NCBI GenBank assembly: GCA_038087875.1
Contig: JAXLNO010000645.1
Location: 372,001 to 436,000 of the forward strand
Direction of reading: 5' to 3'
DNA: 64,000 bases
Source: Malacoraja senta
Lineage: Eukaryota
Positions 1 to 13,149 of the stretch are shown in pieces. How positions within the stretch are numbered: the stretch's first letter is position 1; each line of letters begins with the position of its first letter. The position numbers and the translations under genes were made by a program. Below the pieces are notes generated by a model. The model saw nothing but the letters and a program-made list of their open reading frames with translations, was not told where the DNA came from and searched no databases.

Positions 1-272
1 TGCACACACATTCAACCTGTCCAGGTCACCCTGCAATCTCCCAACATCCTCTTCACAGTTCACACTGCCACCCAGCTTTGTGTCATCTGCAAACATGCTA
101 GTGTTGCTCTTAATTCCCTCTTCCAAATCATTAATATATATGGTAAACTGTTGCGGCCCCAACACCGAGCCTTGCGGCACTCCACTCGCCACTGCCTGCC
201 ATTCTGAAAACGACCCGTTCACTTTGATTCCTGTCTGCCAACCAATTTTCTATCCACGTCAACACCCTACCC
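1..272 (-). mobile_element. CR1-clade LINE, RT fragment
   Basis: Minus strand encodes WIENWLADR..., then GVPQGSVLGPQLFTIYINDL after a frameshift; these are CR1 RT motifs. Confidence 0.85.
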
Positions 273-274
273 CC

Positions 275-465
275 AGAGACAGGCAGCATCTCTGGAGAAA
301 AGGAATTGGGTGACATTTCGGGTCGGGGCCTTTCTGAAGACTAGAATGGTTCATTGTTGGCAGGGGAGAAGATGACAACAAGGTATACAATCAGTAAAAT
401 TAATCAGGAAAGTGTAATCAAACCCGAAACGTCACCTGCCCCTTTTCTCCAGAGTTGCCGCTTTT
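275..465. mobile_element. Inverted pair of Penelope-derived terminal-repeat fragments with degenerate hammerhead-like motif
   Basis: GGCAGCATCTCTGGAG...GGTGACATTTCGGGTC faces CCCGAAACGTCACC...TTCTCCAGAG; the same unit recurs throughout the window. Confidence 0.6.
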
Positions 466-471
466 CTCCAG

Positions 472-1829
472 AAATCCAGGTTAGCCGGGAAGTGGTGTTA
501 GGTAAATTGAATGGATTAAAGGCCGATAAATCCCAAGGGCCAGATAAGTTGCATCCCAGAGTACTTAAGGAAGTAGCCGCAGAAATAGTGGATGCATTAG
601 TGATAATTGTTCAAAACTCTTTAGATTCTGGAGTAGTTCCTGAGGACTGGAGGGTACCTAATGTAACCCCACTTTTTAAAAAGGGAGGGAGAGAGAAAAC
701 GGGGAATTACAGACCAGTTAGTCTAACATCGGTGGTGGGGAAATTCTGGAGTCAGTTATTAAAGATGGGATAGCAGCACATTTGGAAAGTGGTGAATTCA
801 TTGGACAAAGTCAGCATGGATTTATGAAAGGGTAATCATGTCTGACGAATCTTATAGAATTTGTCGAGGACGTAACTAGTAGAGTGGATAAGGGAGAACC
901 AGTGGATGTGTTATATCTGGACTTTCGGAAGGCTTTCGACAAGGTCCCACATAAGAGATTAGTATGCAAACTTAAAGCACAGGGTATTGGGGGGTCAGTA
1001 TTGATGTGGATAGAGAACTGGCTGGCAGACAGGAAGCAAAGAGTAGGAGTAAACGGGTCCTTTTCAGAATGGCAGGCAGTGACTAGTGGGGTACAGCAAG
1101 GCTCAGTGCTGGGACCCCAGCTATTTACAATATATATTAATGATCTGGTGAGGGAATTGAATGCAACATCTCCAAGTTTGCAATGACACGAAGCTGGGGG
1201 GGGGGCAGTGTTAGCTGTGAAGAGGATTCTAGGCGGCTGCAAGGTGACTTGGATAGGTTGGGTGAGTTGGGTGAACAATGACAGTTTTGGTCTCCTAATC
1301 TGAGGAAGACATTCTTGCTATAGAGGGAGTACAGAGAAGGTTCACCAGACTGATTCCTGGGATGGCAGGACTTTCATATGAAGAAAGACTGGATAGACTC
1401 GGTTTGTACACGCTAGAATTTAGAAGATTGAGGGGGATCTTATAGAAACTTACAAAATTCTGAAGGGGTTGGACAGGTTAGATGCAAGAAGATTATTCCC
1501 GATGTTGGGGAAGTCCAGAACTAGGGATCACAGTTTAAGGATAAAAGGGAAGTTTTTTAGGACCGAGATGAGAAAATCATCTTTTACACAGAGAGTGGTG
1601 AATCTGTGGAATTCTCTGCCACAGAAGGTAGTTGAGGCCAGTTCATTGGCTATATTTAAGTGGGAGTTAGATGTGGCCCTTGCGGCTAAAGGGATCAGGG
1701 GGTATGGTGAAAAGGCAGGGATGGCATACTGAGTTGGATGATCAGCCATGATCATATTCAATGGCGGTGCAGGCTCGAAGGGCCGAATGGCCTACTCCTG
1801 CACCTATTTTCTATGTTTCTATGTCTATG
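472..1829 (+). mobile_element. CR1-clade LINE, 5'-truncated (RT to 3' tail), disrupted
   Basis: ORFs 354..773, 884..1186 and 1469..1732 (GPDKLHPRVLKE, NYRPVSLTS, YLDFRKAFDKVPH, QGSVLGP); ends in (CTATGTTT)-type tail. Confidence 0.92.
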
Positions 1830-1899
1830 CTGTCAGTCACACTGAGTTTCTCCAGCCTTTTGTGTCTATCTTCGGTTTTTCATTGATCTTTGACATTGC

Positions 1900-2080
1900 C
1901 CATGGTGAATAGAGCCTTTTGGTATACAGGCCTTGTTTTCTCAGGACCGTATGATGGTGGGGAGGTCAGTACCCGTGATGGACCGGGCAGTGTCCACCAC
2001 CTTTTATAATCTCCTTCTTACCTAGGCTTTCGTGTTGCTGAACCAGGCCGTGATGCAACCAGTCAAAGATGCTGCCATGT
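1900..2080 (-). mobile_element. Rex1/Babar-like LINE fragment (second copy at ~7513-7690)
   Basis: Minus strand reads ...VVDTARSITGTDLPTI..., typical of the Rex1/Babar C-terminal region. Confidence 0.55.
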
Positions 2081-2424
2081 ACAGGTCCACCACCGATTTT
2101 CCGGCACCCTTGGTTCCAGAGCCTTTCTGGATTATCCTTTTTGCCGGACAAAATGAGGTCATGGTCTCCAAGGGGAGTTCAATGGTACTGGAACGGTCCA
2201 CCTAGGCCGCCGGTGGGCTGAGATATCGGCCCGCAAAGTTGCCGTGGAAGTCGGCAATTGGAACGGATCTGCCGGCTCTGGCCGCAGGGGGCAAATTCAT
2301 CCCGCCGATCGGCACAGAAGTCCCGATGAGGTTAAGATCAGCCGCCTCACCCGGCCAGGGTACCACATTTTCGGGGGGAATTCCTATCCATGTACCCGTC
2401 CATTATGCTTCACATATGAACCCT

Positions 2425-2890
2425 GTTAGAGGAAAGATGTTGTCAATCTGGAGGAGAGGGTGCAGAGAAGATTTACGAGATGTTGCCAGGACTCGAGGGC
2501 CTGAGCTATAGAGAGAGGTTGTGCAGGCTAGGACTTTATTCCATGGAGTGCAGGAGGCTGATCTTATAGAAGTGTATAAGATCATGAGAGGAATAGATTG
2601 GGTAAATGCACAGTCTTTTACCCGGAGTTGAGGAAATCGAGAACCAGAAGACATAGGCTTAAGGTGTGGGGGGAAAGATTTAATAGGAACCTGAGGGGCC
2701 ACGTTTCTACACCTAGGGTAGAAGGTGTGTGGAGCGAGCTGCCAGAGGAGGTAGTGGATTATAACAATATTTGAAACACATTTGAATGGTTTAGAGGGAT
2801 GTAGACCAAACACAGGCAGGTGGGAGTAGTGTAACTGGGCCATGTTGGTCGGTGTGGGCAAGTTGAGTTGAGAAGCCTGTTTCCACGCTG
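2425..2890 (+). mobile_element. CR1-like LINE 3' fragment (second subfamily)
   Basis: ...CAGAGAAGATTTACGAGATGTTGCCAGG...GATCTTATAGAAGTGTATAAGATCATGAGAGG, and a 3' end GCCTGTTTCCACGCTGTAT. Confidence 0.75.
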
Positions 2891-5800
2891 TATAACCATA
2901 TAACCATATAACCATTACAGCATGGAAACAGGCCATCTCGGCCCTTCAAGTCCGTGCCGAACACTTTTTTTCCCCTTCTTTCTTCTTTCTTCCCCCTAGT
3001 CCCATCTACCTGCACTCAGACCATAACCCTCCATTCCTTTCCCGTCCATATACTCATCCAATCTATTTTTAAAGGATAAAATCGAAACTGCCTCCACCAC
3101 TTCCACTGGAAGCTCATTCCACATAGCTACCACTCCCTGAGTAAAGAAGTTCCCCCTAATGTTACCCCTAAACTTCTGTCCCTTAATTCTTAAGTCATGT
3201 CCCCTTGTTTGAATCTTCCCTACTCTCAATGGGAAAAGCTTATCCACGTCAACTCTAACCCGCTCATCATTTTCAAGACCTCTATCAAGTCCCCCCTTAA
3301 CATTCTGCGCTCCAAAGAATAAAGACCTAACTTGTTCAACCTTTCTCTGTAACTTAGTTGCTGAAACCCAGGCAACATTCTAGTAAATCTCCTCTCTACT
3401 CTCTCTATTTTGTTGACATCCTTCCCATAATTAGGCGACCAAAATTGTGCTCCATACCAGAATTGGCCTCACCAATGCCTTGTACAATTTTAACATTACA
3501 TCCCAACTTCAATATTCAATGCTCTGATTTATAAAGGCCAGCACACCAAAAGCTTTCTTTACCACCCTATCTACATGAGATTCCACTTTCATGGAACTAT
3601 GCACAGTTATTCCTAGATCCCTCTGTTCAACTGCATTCCTCAATTCGCTACCATTTACCATGTACGTCCTATTTTGATTTGTCCTGCCAAGATGTAGCAC
3701 CTCACATTTATCAGCATTAAACTCCATCTGCCATCTTTCAGCCCACTCTTCCAAATGGCCTAAATCTCTCTGTAGACTTTGAAAATCCACTTCATTATCC
3801 ACAACACCACCTATCTTGGTATCATCTGCATACTTACTAATCCAATTTTCCACACCATCATCCAGATCATTGATGTACGACAAACAACAGTGGACCCAAC
3901 ACAGACCCCTGAGGCACCCCACTAGTCACTGGCCTCCAACCTGACAAACAGCCATCCACCATTATTCTCTGGCATCTCCCATTCAGCCACTGTTGAATCC
4001 ATCTTGCTACTCCACCATTAATACCCAACAATTGAATCTTCTTAACCAACCTTCCATGCGGAACCTTGTCAAATGCCTTACTGAAGTGCATATAGACAAC
4101 ATCGACTGCTTTACCCTCATCAATTTCCCGAGTAACCTCTTCGAAAAATTCAAGAAGATTAGTCAAGCATGACCTTCCAGGCACAAATCCATGTTGATTG
4201 TTCCCAATCAGACCCTGCTTATTAAGATGCTTATATATATTATCTCTAAGTATCCTTTCCATTAATTTGCCCACCACTGACGTCAAAGTAACAGGTCTAC
4301 AATTGCTAGGTTTACTCTTAGAACCCTTTTTAAACAACGGAACAACATGCGCAGTACGGCAATCCTCCGGCACCATTCCCGTTTCTAATGACATTTGAAA
4401 TATTTCTGTCATAGCCCCTGCTATTTCTACACTAACTTCCCTCAATGTCCTAGGGAATATCCTGTCAGGATCTGGAGACTTATCCGTTTTCATATTTTTC
4501 AAAAGTGTCCGCACCTCCTCTTCTTTGAATCTCATAGTTTCCATTGCAACTCTGTTTGGTTCCCTTGCCTCACATAATTCAATATCCTTCTCCTTGGTGA
4601 ATACCGAAGAAAAGAAATTGTTCAATATCTCCCCCATCTCCTTTGGCTCTGCAGATAGCTGTCCACTCTGTCCACTCTAATGGACCAATTTTATTCCTTG
4701 TTATCCATTTGCTATTAATATAGCTGTAGAAACCATTTGGATATTCTTTCACCTTACTTGCCAAAGCAACCTCATATCTTGTTTAAGCTTTTCTAATTTC
4801 TTTCTTAATATTCTTTTTACATTCATTATACTCCACAAGCACCTCATTTACTCAATGCTCCCTAAAATTATTGTAGATCTCTCTCTTTTTCCGAACCAAG
4901 TGTCCAATTTCCCTTGAAAACCATGGCTCTTTCCAATTTTTACTATTTCCTTTCAACCGAACAGGGACATAAAGCTTCTGTACTCTTAAAATTTCACCTT
5001 TAAATGTCCTCCATTTCTCTTCTACATCTTTCCCATAAAACAACGTCCCAATTCACTCCTTTTAAATCCTTTCGCCTCTCCTCAAATTTAGCCTTTCTCC
5101 AATCAAAAATCTCAACCCTAGGTCCAGTTCTGACCCTCTCCATAATTATATTGAAGCTAATGGTATTATGATCACTGGACCCGAAGTGCTCCCCAACGCA
5201 TACCTCTGCCACCTGCCCTGTCTCATTTCCTCACAGGAGGTCCAGCACTGCCCCTTCTCTAGTAGGTAACTCTATGTATTGCTGCAAAAAGCTATCCTGC
5301 ACACATTTTACAAACTCCAAACTATCCAGCCCTTTTACAGAATGTGTTTCCCAGTCTATGTGTGGAAAATTGAAATTTCCCACAATCACTACCTTGTGCT
5401 TACTACTAATATCTGCTATCTCCTTACATATTTGCTCTTCCAATTCAGGCTCCCAATTAGGCAGTCTATAATACACCCCTATAAGTGTTGCTGCACCTTT
5501 CCCATTTCTCAGTTCCACCCAAATAGCCTCCCTAGACGAGCCCTCTAATCTATCCTGCCAAAGCACTGCTGTAATATCTTCCTTGACAAGCAATGTAACA
5601 CCCCCACCTCTTGCCCCTCCAATTCTATCACCCCTGAAGCAACGAAATCCTGGAATATTTAGTTTCCAATCACAGCCCTCCTGCAACTATCTTTCACTGA
5701 TCGCCACAACAACATACTTCCAGGTGTCAATCCAGGCTCTAAGCTCATCCACCTTTCTTACAATGCTCCTAGCATTAAAATGTACACATTTAAGAAACCC

Positions 5801-6075
5801 ACCACCACTTATTCTCTGTTTATTATCTTTTTCTTCTTTCTCTCCTATATTTTGGGTCCGAGTGCTTCCCTTCTCTGCCTCCTGCCTCGCACATTGTCTA
5901 CTAGCTTTCTCTATTTGAGTCCCTCCCCCCAACCGTTGTAGTTTAAAGTCTCCCCAGTAGCATTTGCAAATCTGCCTGCCAGGATATTGGTCCCCCTCGG
6001 GTTCAAGTGCAACCCGTCCTTTCTGTACAGGTCACACCTTCCCCAAAAGAGGTCCCAATGATCCAGAAATTTGAA
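2891..6075 (-). mobile_element. CR1-clade LINE covering most of ORF2 (APE endonuclease + RT), frameshifted
   Basis: ORFs 5687..5932 (NARSI), 5231..5686 (RGGGV, GVYYR, GNFNFPHIDW), 3867..4637 (RT), 3509..3922 (YADDTK); (ATATGGTT)n tail at ~2891-2915. Confidence 0.93.
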
Positions 6076-7069
6076 TTTCATGGAGCAGGTCCTTTCAGTT
6101 ATAAATTCACCGCTACTATCGAACTATCCGTCAAACCACTACCTTACTATTTTGAGCTATTTCAGTACATCACACAGAGGGGAAATAATGCAGAGCTCAG
6201 GCAACCGATGAAGTAATCAATTATTCCTACTCCGCAGCACGCCCCGTGTAATAATTAATTAATAGACCATTATGTGGCCATTTAGAATGCGCAAGGCATT
6301 TTTGGCTGCAATCTTTCATGGGTAATGACTGCGCCACATTATCGATAAAGGGTTTTGTGCAGCAGCATTAATTATATCCTGCCACTTCACCTTCCACATG
6401 GCCAATTGAACTTTACGGCCTTGTCGATTTATGCGCTTTTGCTTTGTATCGAGATTTACTTTGGATGTCTGAAGAAGGGTTTCGACCCAAGACGTCACCC
6501 ATTCCTTCTCTCCAGAGATGCTGCCTGTCCCTCTGAGTTACTCCAGCTTTTTGTGGCTATTTATGATGGATGTTGCCAGGACTTGAGGGACTGAGCCATA
6601 GGGAGAGGTTGAGCAGGCTTGGAGTGCAGGAGGGTGAGGGGTGACCTTAGAGAGGTGAACAAGATCATGAGGGGAATAGATAAAGTGAATGCAGTATGTT
6701 ACACATTGTTTGGGAATCAAGAACCACAGCACATAGGTGAGATGATAAAGATTTAATAGGAAGCTGACGTGCATCTTTTTCACCCATAGAGAGTGGTGGA
6801 TACAAGGAACGAACTTCCAGAGGAGGTAGTTGAGGCAGGTATTGTAACAATATTTAAAAGACATCAGCTCAGTCTGTCTAAACCTACCTGACCTCCCAGT
6901 TGCTCAACACTTAATTCTCCTCCCAATCCCATACTGACCTTTGAGGAACAGCACCTTGTATTTCACTTGGATAGCTTACACCTCAGCGGTGTGAACATTG
7001 ACTTCTCTAACTTCAAGTAAACCTTATTTTCCCTCTCTTCCCAGTACTCCCACCTGTCTCCGACCTGTA

Positions 7070-7137
7070 CCGACTGCAGATTGCTCTGGGCGCACATCTA
7101 CAAAGCCCAGGAAGAGCATCGTGAAGCGTCTCAGTCT
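7070..7137 (+). pseudogene. RGL1: RGL1-like (RalGDS-like 1) exon remnant, 5' part lost
   Basis: Translates PTADCSGRTSTKPRKSIVKRLS+CT, then a GTGAGT donor at 7138. Matches recalled human RGL1 AAADASTTSPKPRKSMVKRLSL. Confidence 0.8.
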
Positions 7138-8128
7138 GTGAGTAGAATAAAATAACTGTATCTGTTAACCCAGAGAGCACGGTCCCTCATTGATGTGTAG
7201 GAAGGAGCAGAACTGCAGATGCTGGTTTGAATCGAAGATAGACATAAAAACCTGGAGAAACTCAGAGGGTCAGGCAGCATCTCTGGAGAGAAGGAATGGG
7301 TGACATTTTGGGTCGAGACCCTTCTGCAGATTAGAATGGTTCATTGTTGGCAGGGGAGAAGATGACAAGGCATACATTCAGTAAAATTAATCAGGACAAT
7401 TAGACCCAAAACGTCACATGCCCGTTTTCTCCAGAGATGCTGTCAGTCCCGCTGAGCTCCTCCAACCTTTTGTGTCTATCTTCGTTTTTTCATTGATCTT
7501 TGACATTTCCCTCATGGTGAGTAGAGCCTTTTGGTATACAGGCCTTGTTTTCTCAGAACCGTTTGATAGTGGGGAGGTCAGTACCCGTGATGGACCGGGT
7601 AGTGTCCAACACCTTTAATAATCTACTTCTTTCCTTGGCTTTCGAGTTGCTGAACCTGGCCGTGATGCAACCAGTCAAAGATGCTGCCATGTACAGGTCC
7701 ACCACCGATTTTACGGCACCCTTGGTTCCAGAGCCTTTCTGGATTATCCGTTTTGCCAGACCAATAGAGGTCCCAGCCTCTGAGACTTTACTGGAGAACC
7801 TACCCGATCTCTCGGTTGCTCAACACTTAATTTCCCTCCAATTCCCACACTGACCTTTCTGTCCTTGGCCTCCTCCATTGTCAAAGTGAGGCCCAGCGCA
7901 AATTGGAGGAAGGGTTTGGGCGATCAAATTGAAATTAGCTTCCTTGAAGTTGTTGGCAGGAGATCTGTTTAAAGAAGATTAAATCAGTTAGTGGGTTTAG
8001 CGTGAGCATTGGCTGCAGCTCACTGCACTGGTCATAATTAGCAATGTTGGATACATGTAAACATGTATGATTCCAGAGGCCTGACATTAGAGTGGTAGGA
8101 GGTATCCAGTTGTCTGAGACAGGTTTCA

Positions 8129-10376
8129 CGGTACCCGGACGTGGCGCCGACGGAAAAGAAGCCGAAGCAAAGAAGTGGAAGCTAAATAGCCGAATGGAAA
8201 CGAAGCCGAAACGCCAAATAACCGAATGGGAATGAAGCCGACATGCCAACTAACCGAAAGGGTGGGACTCCTAAAAGCTAACTAACCGAAGGGCTGTGTC
8301 GCCTAAAAGCAAACTCACCGAATGGCCACTCTGCCGAAACGCCACCTACCCGAAAGGCGGCGTAGACAACAAGCCTACAAACCGAATGCCGCTCAACAGT
8401 AAAGTCAAATAACGGACATGACGTTGCCGGGGGGCCGGACTTGTCAGCGATTGGTCCAGACCCCCGTGTCCATCATATCACTGGAGGGATGAACATTGTC
8501 CCACGCCTCCGCTCCACCCAACGCACAGCCCGCGGAGGGTGGTCGTGGGAGAGTGGGGGCTGTCCCGAGCGATGCGCACATTCGGCCACTAACAACTTGG
8601 TGCTTGGGTTCAGATTGCACAGACATCTATGGCTTGTGTGGGAAAATGACCCCCACCCTCCCGTCTGCCCCTTCTATTTCCCCTCTTCTCTCTCTTCCCC
8701 CACTCTCTCTCCCTTCTCTCCCTCTCTCCCCCTTCTATTTCTCCCCCTCACCTCCCTCTCTCTTCCCCTTCTCTCTCTCTGTCACCCCTCCTCTCTTTCC
8801 CCCCTCTCTTCCCTTCCCTCTTTCTCTTCCCTCTTCTCTCTCTCACCCTTCTCTCACCCCTCATCTCCCTCCCCCTCTCTCTTTCTCCCCCCTTTTCTCT
8901 CTCTCCCCCATCTCTCTCTCCTCTCTCTCCCTTCTCTCTCTGTCCCCCCTTCACTCTCTACCCCACTTATTCAGAGCAGCTATGGAAGTTGAGAAAACTG
9001 GCACTGACAGCGAAGATAGACACAAAATGCTGGAGTGACTCAGTGGGACACGCAGCATCTCTGGAGAGAAGGAATGGGTGGCGTTTCGAGTCGAGACTCT
9101 TCAGATTCAGTCTTCAGGTCTGAAGAAGGGTCTCGATATGAAACGTCACCCATTCCTTCTCTCCAGAGATGCTGCCTGTCCCGCTGAGTTACTCCAGCTT
9201 TTTGTGTCCATCTCCGGTTTACAGTTTCAGGTGTTTTGTGCGTGGGAGCCTGTATGTGTTCCGCAAGCAACCAGATGGTAACCGGCGGGAGGGTGGGGGT
9301 CATTTTCCCACACAAGTCATAGGTGACTGGGCAATCTGAACCCAAGCACCAAGTTGTAAGCGGCCGAAGGTGCGCATCCCTCGGGACAGCCCCACTCTCC
9401 CACGACAACAAGAAGCACGTTTGATTTATTACCGTCTGGTTGCTTGCCGAACGCGCACAAGCTCCCACGCACAAAACACCAGAATCTGTAAACTGTTTTA
9501 ACCGAAGATAGACTCAAAAAGCTGGAGTAACTCAGCGGAACAGGCAGCATCTCTGGAGAAAAGGAATGGGTGACGGTTCATGTCGAGACCATTCTTCAGA
9601 CCTGAAGACTGAATCTGAAGAGTCTCGACACGAAACGCCACCCATTCACTCTCTCCAGTGATGCTGCCTGTCCCACTGAGTCACTCCAGCATGTTGTGTC
9701 TATCTTTGCTGTCAGTGCCAGTTTTCTCAACTTCCATAGCTGCTTTGCATAAGTGGGGGAGAGCGCGAAGGGGGGAGGGAGAGAGAGGAGAGAGAGAGAG
9801 GGGGGAGACGGGAGCGTGGGGGTCATTTTACCACACAAGCCATAGGTAACTGGGCAATCTGAACCCAAGAACCAAGTTGCAAGCGGCCGAATGTGCATAT
9901 CCCTTGGGACAGCCCCCACTCTCCCACGGCCACCCTCCGCGGGCTGTGGGACAGGTGGAGCAGAGGTGTGGGACAATGCTCATCCCTCCACAGTGATATG
10001 ATGGACGCGGAGGTTTGCACCAAGTGCTGACAAGTCCCGCCCCCCGGCAACATCATGTCCATTATTTGAGTTTTCTGTTGAGCGGCATTCGGTCCATTGG
10101 CTTGTAGGCGACACCGCCTTTCGAGTAGGTGGCGTTTCGGCAGAGCGGCCATTCGATGAGTTTGCTTTTAGACAACACAGCCTTTCGGTTAGATGGCTTT
10201 TAGGCGTCCCGCCCTTTCGGTTCATTTGCATTTAGGCGTCCCACCCTTTCGGTTAGTTGGGGTTTCGGCTTTGTTTCCATTCGGTTATTTGGCGTTTCGG
10301 CTTCGTTTCCATTCTGTTATTGGGCTTCCATTTCTTTGCTTCGGCTTCTCGTCTTTCGGTTCCACGTCTGCATTCG
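8129..10376. mobile_element. Foldback-type non-autonomous DNA element, copy 1
   Basis: Arm ~8129-9282 is the reverse complement of ~9427-10376; CCGAA-rich subterminal repeats; flanks AGGTTTCA (8121-8128) and TGGTTTCA (10377-10384) look like an 8-bp TSD (7/8). Confidence 0.75.
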
Positions 10377-11072
10377 TGGTTTCACAATTGCTGCTAGTCA
10401 GAGGATGGTGATTGTGTGGAATTCTTTGCCACAGAAGGCTGTTGAGGCCAAGTCAATGGATATTTCGAAAGCAGAGATAGATAGATGTTTGTTTAAGAAA
10501 GAACTGCAGATGCTGGAAAAATCAAAGGTAGACAAAAATGCTGGAGGAATTCAGGAGGTGAAGCAGCATCTATGGAGAGAAGGAGTAGGCCACATTTCGT
10601 GTCGAGACCCTTCTTCAGAATGACAGATAAATAGATTTTTGATTAGTACGGGTGTCAGGGGTTATGGGGAGAAGGCAGGAGAACGCGGTTAGGAGGGAAA
10701 TATAGATCAGCCACGATAGAATGGTGGAGTATATTTGATGGGCCGAATGGCCTAATTTTGCTCCTATCACTTATGAACTTGTGAACAGCACCTCACATTT
10801 TGATTGGGCAGCTTACACTCCAGTGGTATGAACATTGACTTCTCTAACTTCAAGTAGCCCTTGCTTTCCCTCTCTCTCCTCCATCCCTCCCCCTTCCCAG
10901 TTTCCTCACTAGTCTCACTGTCGCTGACTACATTTTATCTCTGTGCCCACTCTCGTCATCACACTGAAGAAGGGTCTCGAAACGAAATGTCACCCATTCC
11001 TTCTCTCCAGAGATGCTGCCTGTCCCGCTGAGTTACTCCAGCATTTTGTGTCTTTTCTTTTATTTAAAAGAC

Positions 11073-12760
11073 ATACCACAATTATTATACCTATTTCAGT
11101 CTATACCATTATATATACCAAAATATATATTTTTTAAATTAGACTCTAATATTACTAATTTTATTTGGGATTATAGATCACACAGAATTTAAAAAAAAAC
11201 CACTTATGTAAACCAAAAGATGTCGGGGGACTTTCACTCCCGAATTTTTTTAATTACTATTGAGCAGTGCTTATTAAGAATATAATTTACTGGTTGGACA
11301 GCTCTACCCAACAGACAGAATGGATAAGAATGGAGAAAGAGGATTGTATTTCCTTGTAATATAGGAACGATCCTCTTCTCCCCGAAAAAAACTGAACAAC
11401 ACAATATATAAGAAGAACCCAATTATACACGATACAATAAGAATTTGGAAACAAATAATATCATTATTAAAATTAAGAAATTTATCATTGTTGATGCCAA
11501 TAGCGAATAATCCTTTATTTAAACCATCTCTTATTGATAAAAACATATAACCAATGGGAAAGAATGGGAATTAAAAGGATCGGTGATATGTATGAAATGG
11601 GAAATCTATTATCATTCCAACAATTACAATTAAAATTTAAACTGAAAAATAACCAATATTTTAAATATCTTCAGATTTGCGATTTCATGAAGAAATACAT
11701 ACAAGGATATCAAAAAATAACTTTTGATTTACTGGAAGAAGCAATGAATATTAAGGCTGACACACAAAAATTAATATCATATTTATATAATAGTATTTTA
11801 AATATAGACCTACCATCGACAGAGGTACTTAGAGAAGAGTGTTAACGGGAATTAATGATAAAAATTACGAAGGTTACATGGGAAAAGTATTTGATATATA
11901 TACACAAATGTTCGATTAATGCAAGACATAATTTAATTCAATTTAAAATTTTACATAGATTATATTATTCAAAAACAAGATTGAATACATTTTATCCAAA
12001 TATGTCCCCCATTTGTGATAAATGTATATCCCAAAACGCAACTATAACACACTCTTTCGTTTCCTGCATAACACTTTATAAATTTTGGAGTGATATTTTT
12101 GAAATATTTACAAAATGATTCAAGATAAGAATGGAACTTAATACTGAAATGATTATATTTGGAGTAATGGAAGATGGGAAAAATTGAGCTCATCTCAAAA
12201 TGTATTTATTAATTATGGTTTAATAATAGCAAAAAAACTAATACTTACATTTTGGAAAAATACACCAATACCAACGCTTAAAATGTGGATTTCAAGCATG
12301 TTGGACACCGCACATCTTGAGGAAATGCGATTCCTCCTAATACATAAATCAGACCAATTCTTAACGAGTTGGTCTCCATTTGTCGTCTTTTTGGAATCAT
12401 ACGGTGCAACACAATTGTAGAAGCTAACTGTTCCAGGACTGGGTGAGGGATGGTCAAGATTATAAATAATGATCTCCTTACTTTTCTTTTTCTATTTTCT
12501 ACTCTCTTTTTTCTATTTTCTTTTCTTCAATTTTCTTCTTTCACTCTTTTTTTTTCTTTTTCACACACTATATATCTCACGTTTTTCTATCCTTTATTAT
12601 CTACTTTCTTTTTCTTATACTTCTTTATCATAATAAATAAAATAAGAAGCTGTACATAAAATGTATTATGTCAATATATATTAGGCACTTTGGTGCCATA
12701 TGATTGTACTTCTAATAAAATTAAAATATTTAAAAAATAAAAAATAAATTTAAAAAATAC
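11073..12760 (+). mobile_element. L1-clade LINE 3' fragment (ORF2 C-terminus, 3' UTR, A-rich tail)
   Basis: ORFs 11534..11845, 11855..12118 (IQFKILHRLYYS..CDKC..H..C) and 12184..12420 parallel the L1 at 56-62 kb; AATAAA and poly-A at ~12714-12760. Confidence 0.9.
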
Positions 12761-13149
12761 AGTTTGACAGGTCTGGAAATAGGAAAGGTTTGGAGGGATA
12801 TGGGCGAAATGCAGGCAGGTGGGACTAGAGTTTCTATGTTCTCGCTGTGTCTGTGTTGGTTTTCTCTGGGTGCTCCGATTTGCTCCAAAGACGTGCAGGT
12901 GTGTAGATTAATTCTGAAAATTGCCCCAGTGAGTAGGGTAGACCTAGTGTACGGGTGATCGCTGGTCGGCGCATACTTGGTGGGCCGAACGGCCTGTTTC
13001 CATGCTGTATCTCTAAAGTAAGCTTAGATAGAATGACTGCATGATTTCACCACGTTGAGCAATACTCTCTGTATCATGGGCATCACCACAATCCCAATTA
13101 CTTGTCCATCATATGTTAACACCTCAGTTAACATTGACCCCTCGCTCAT

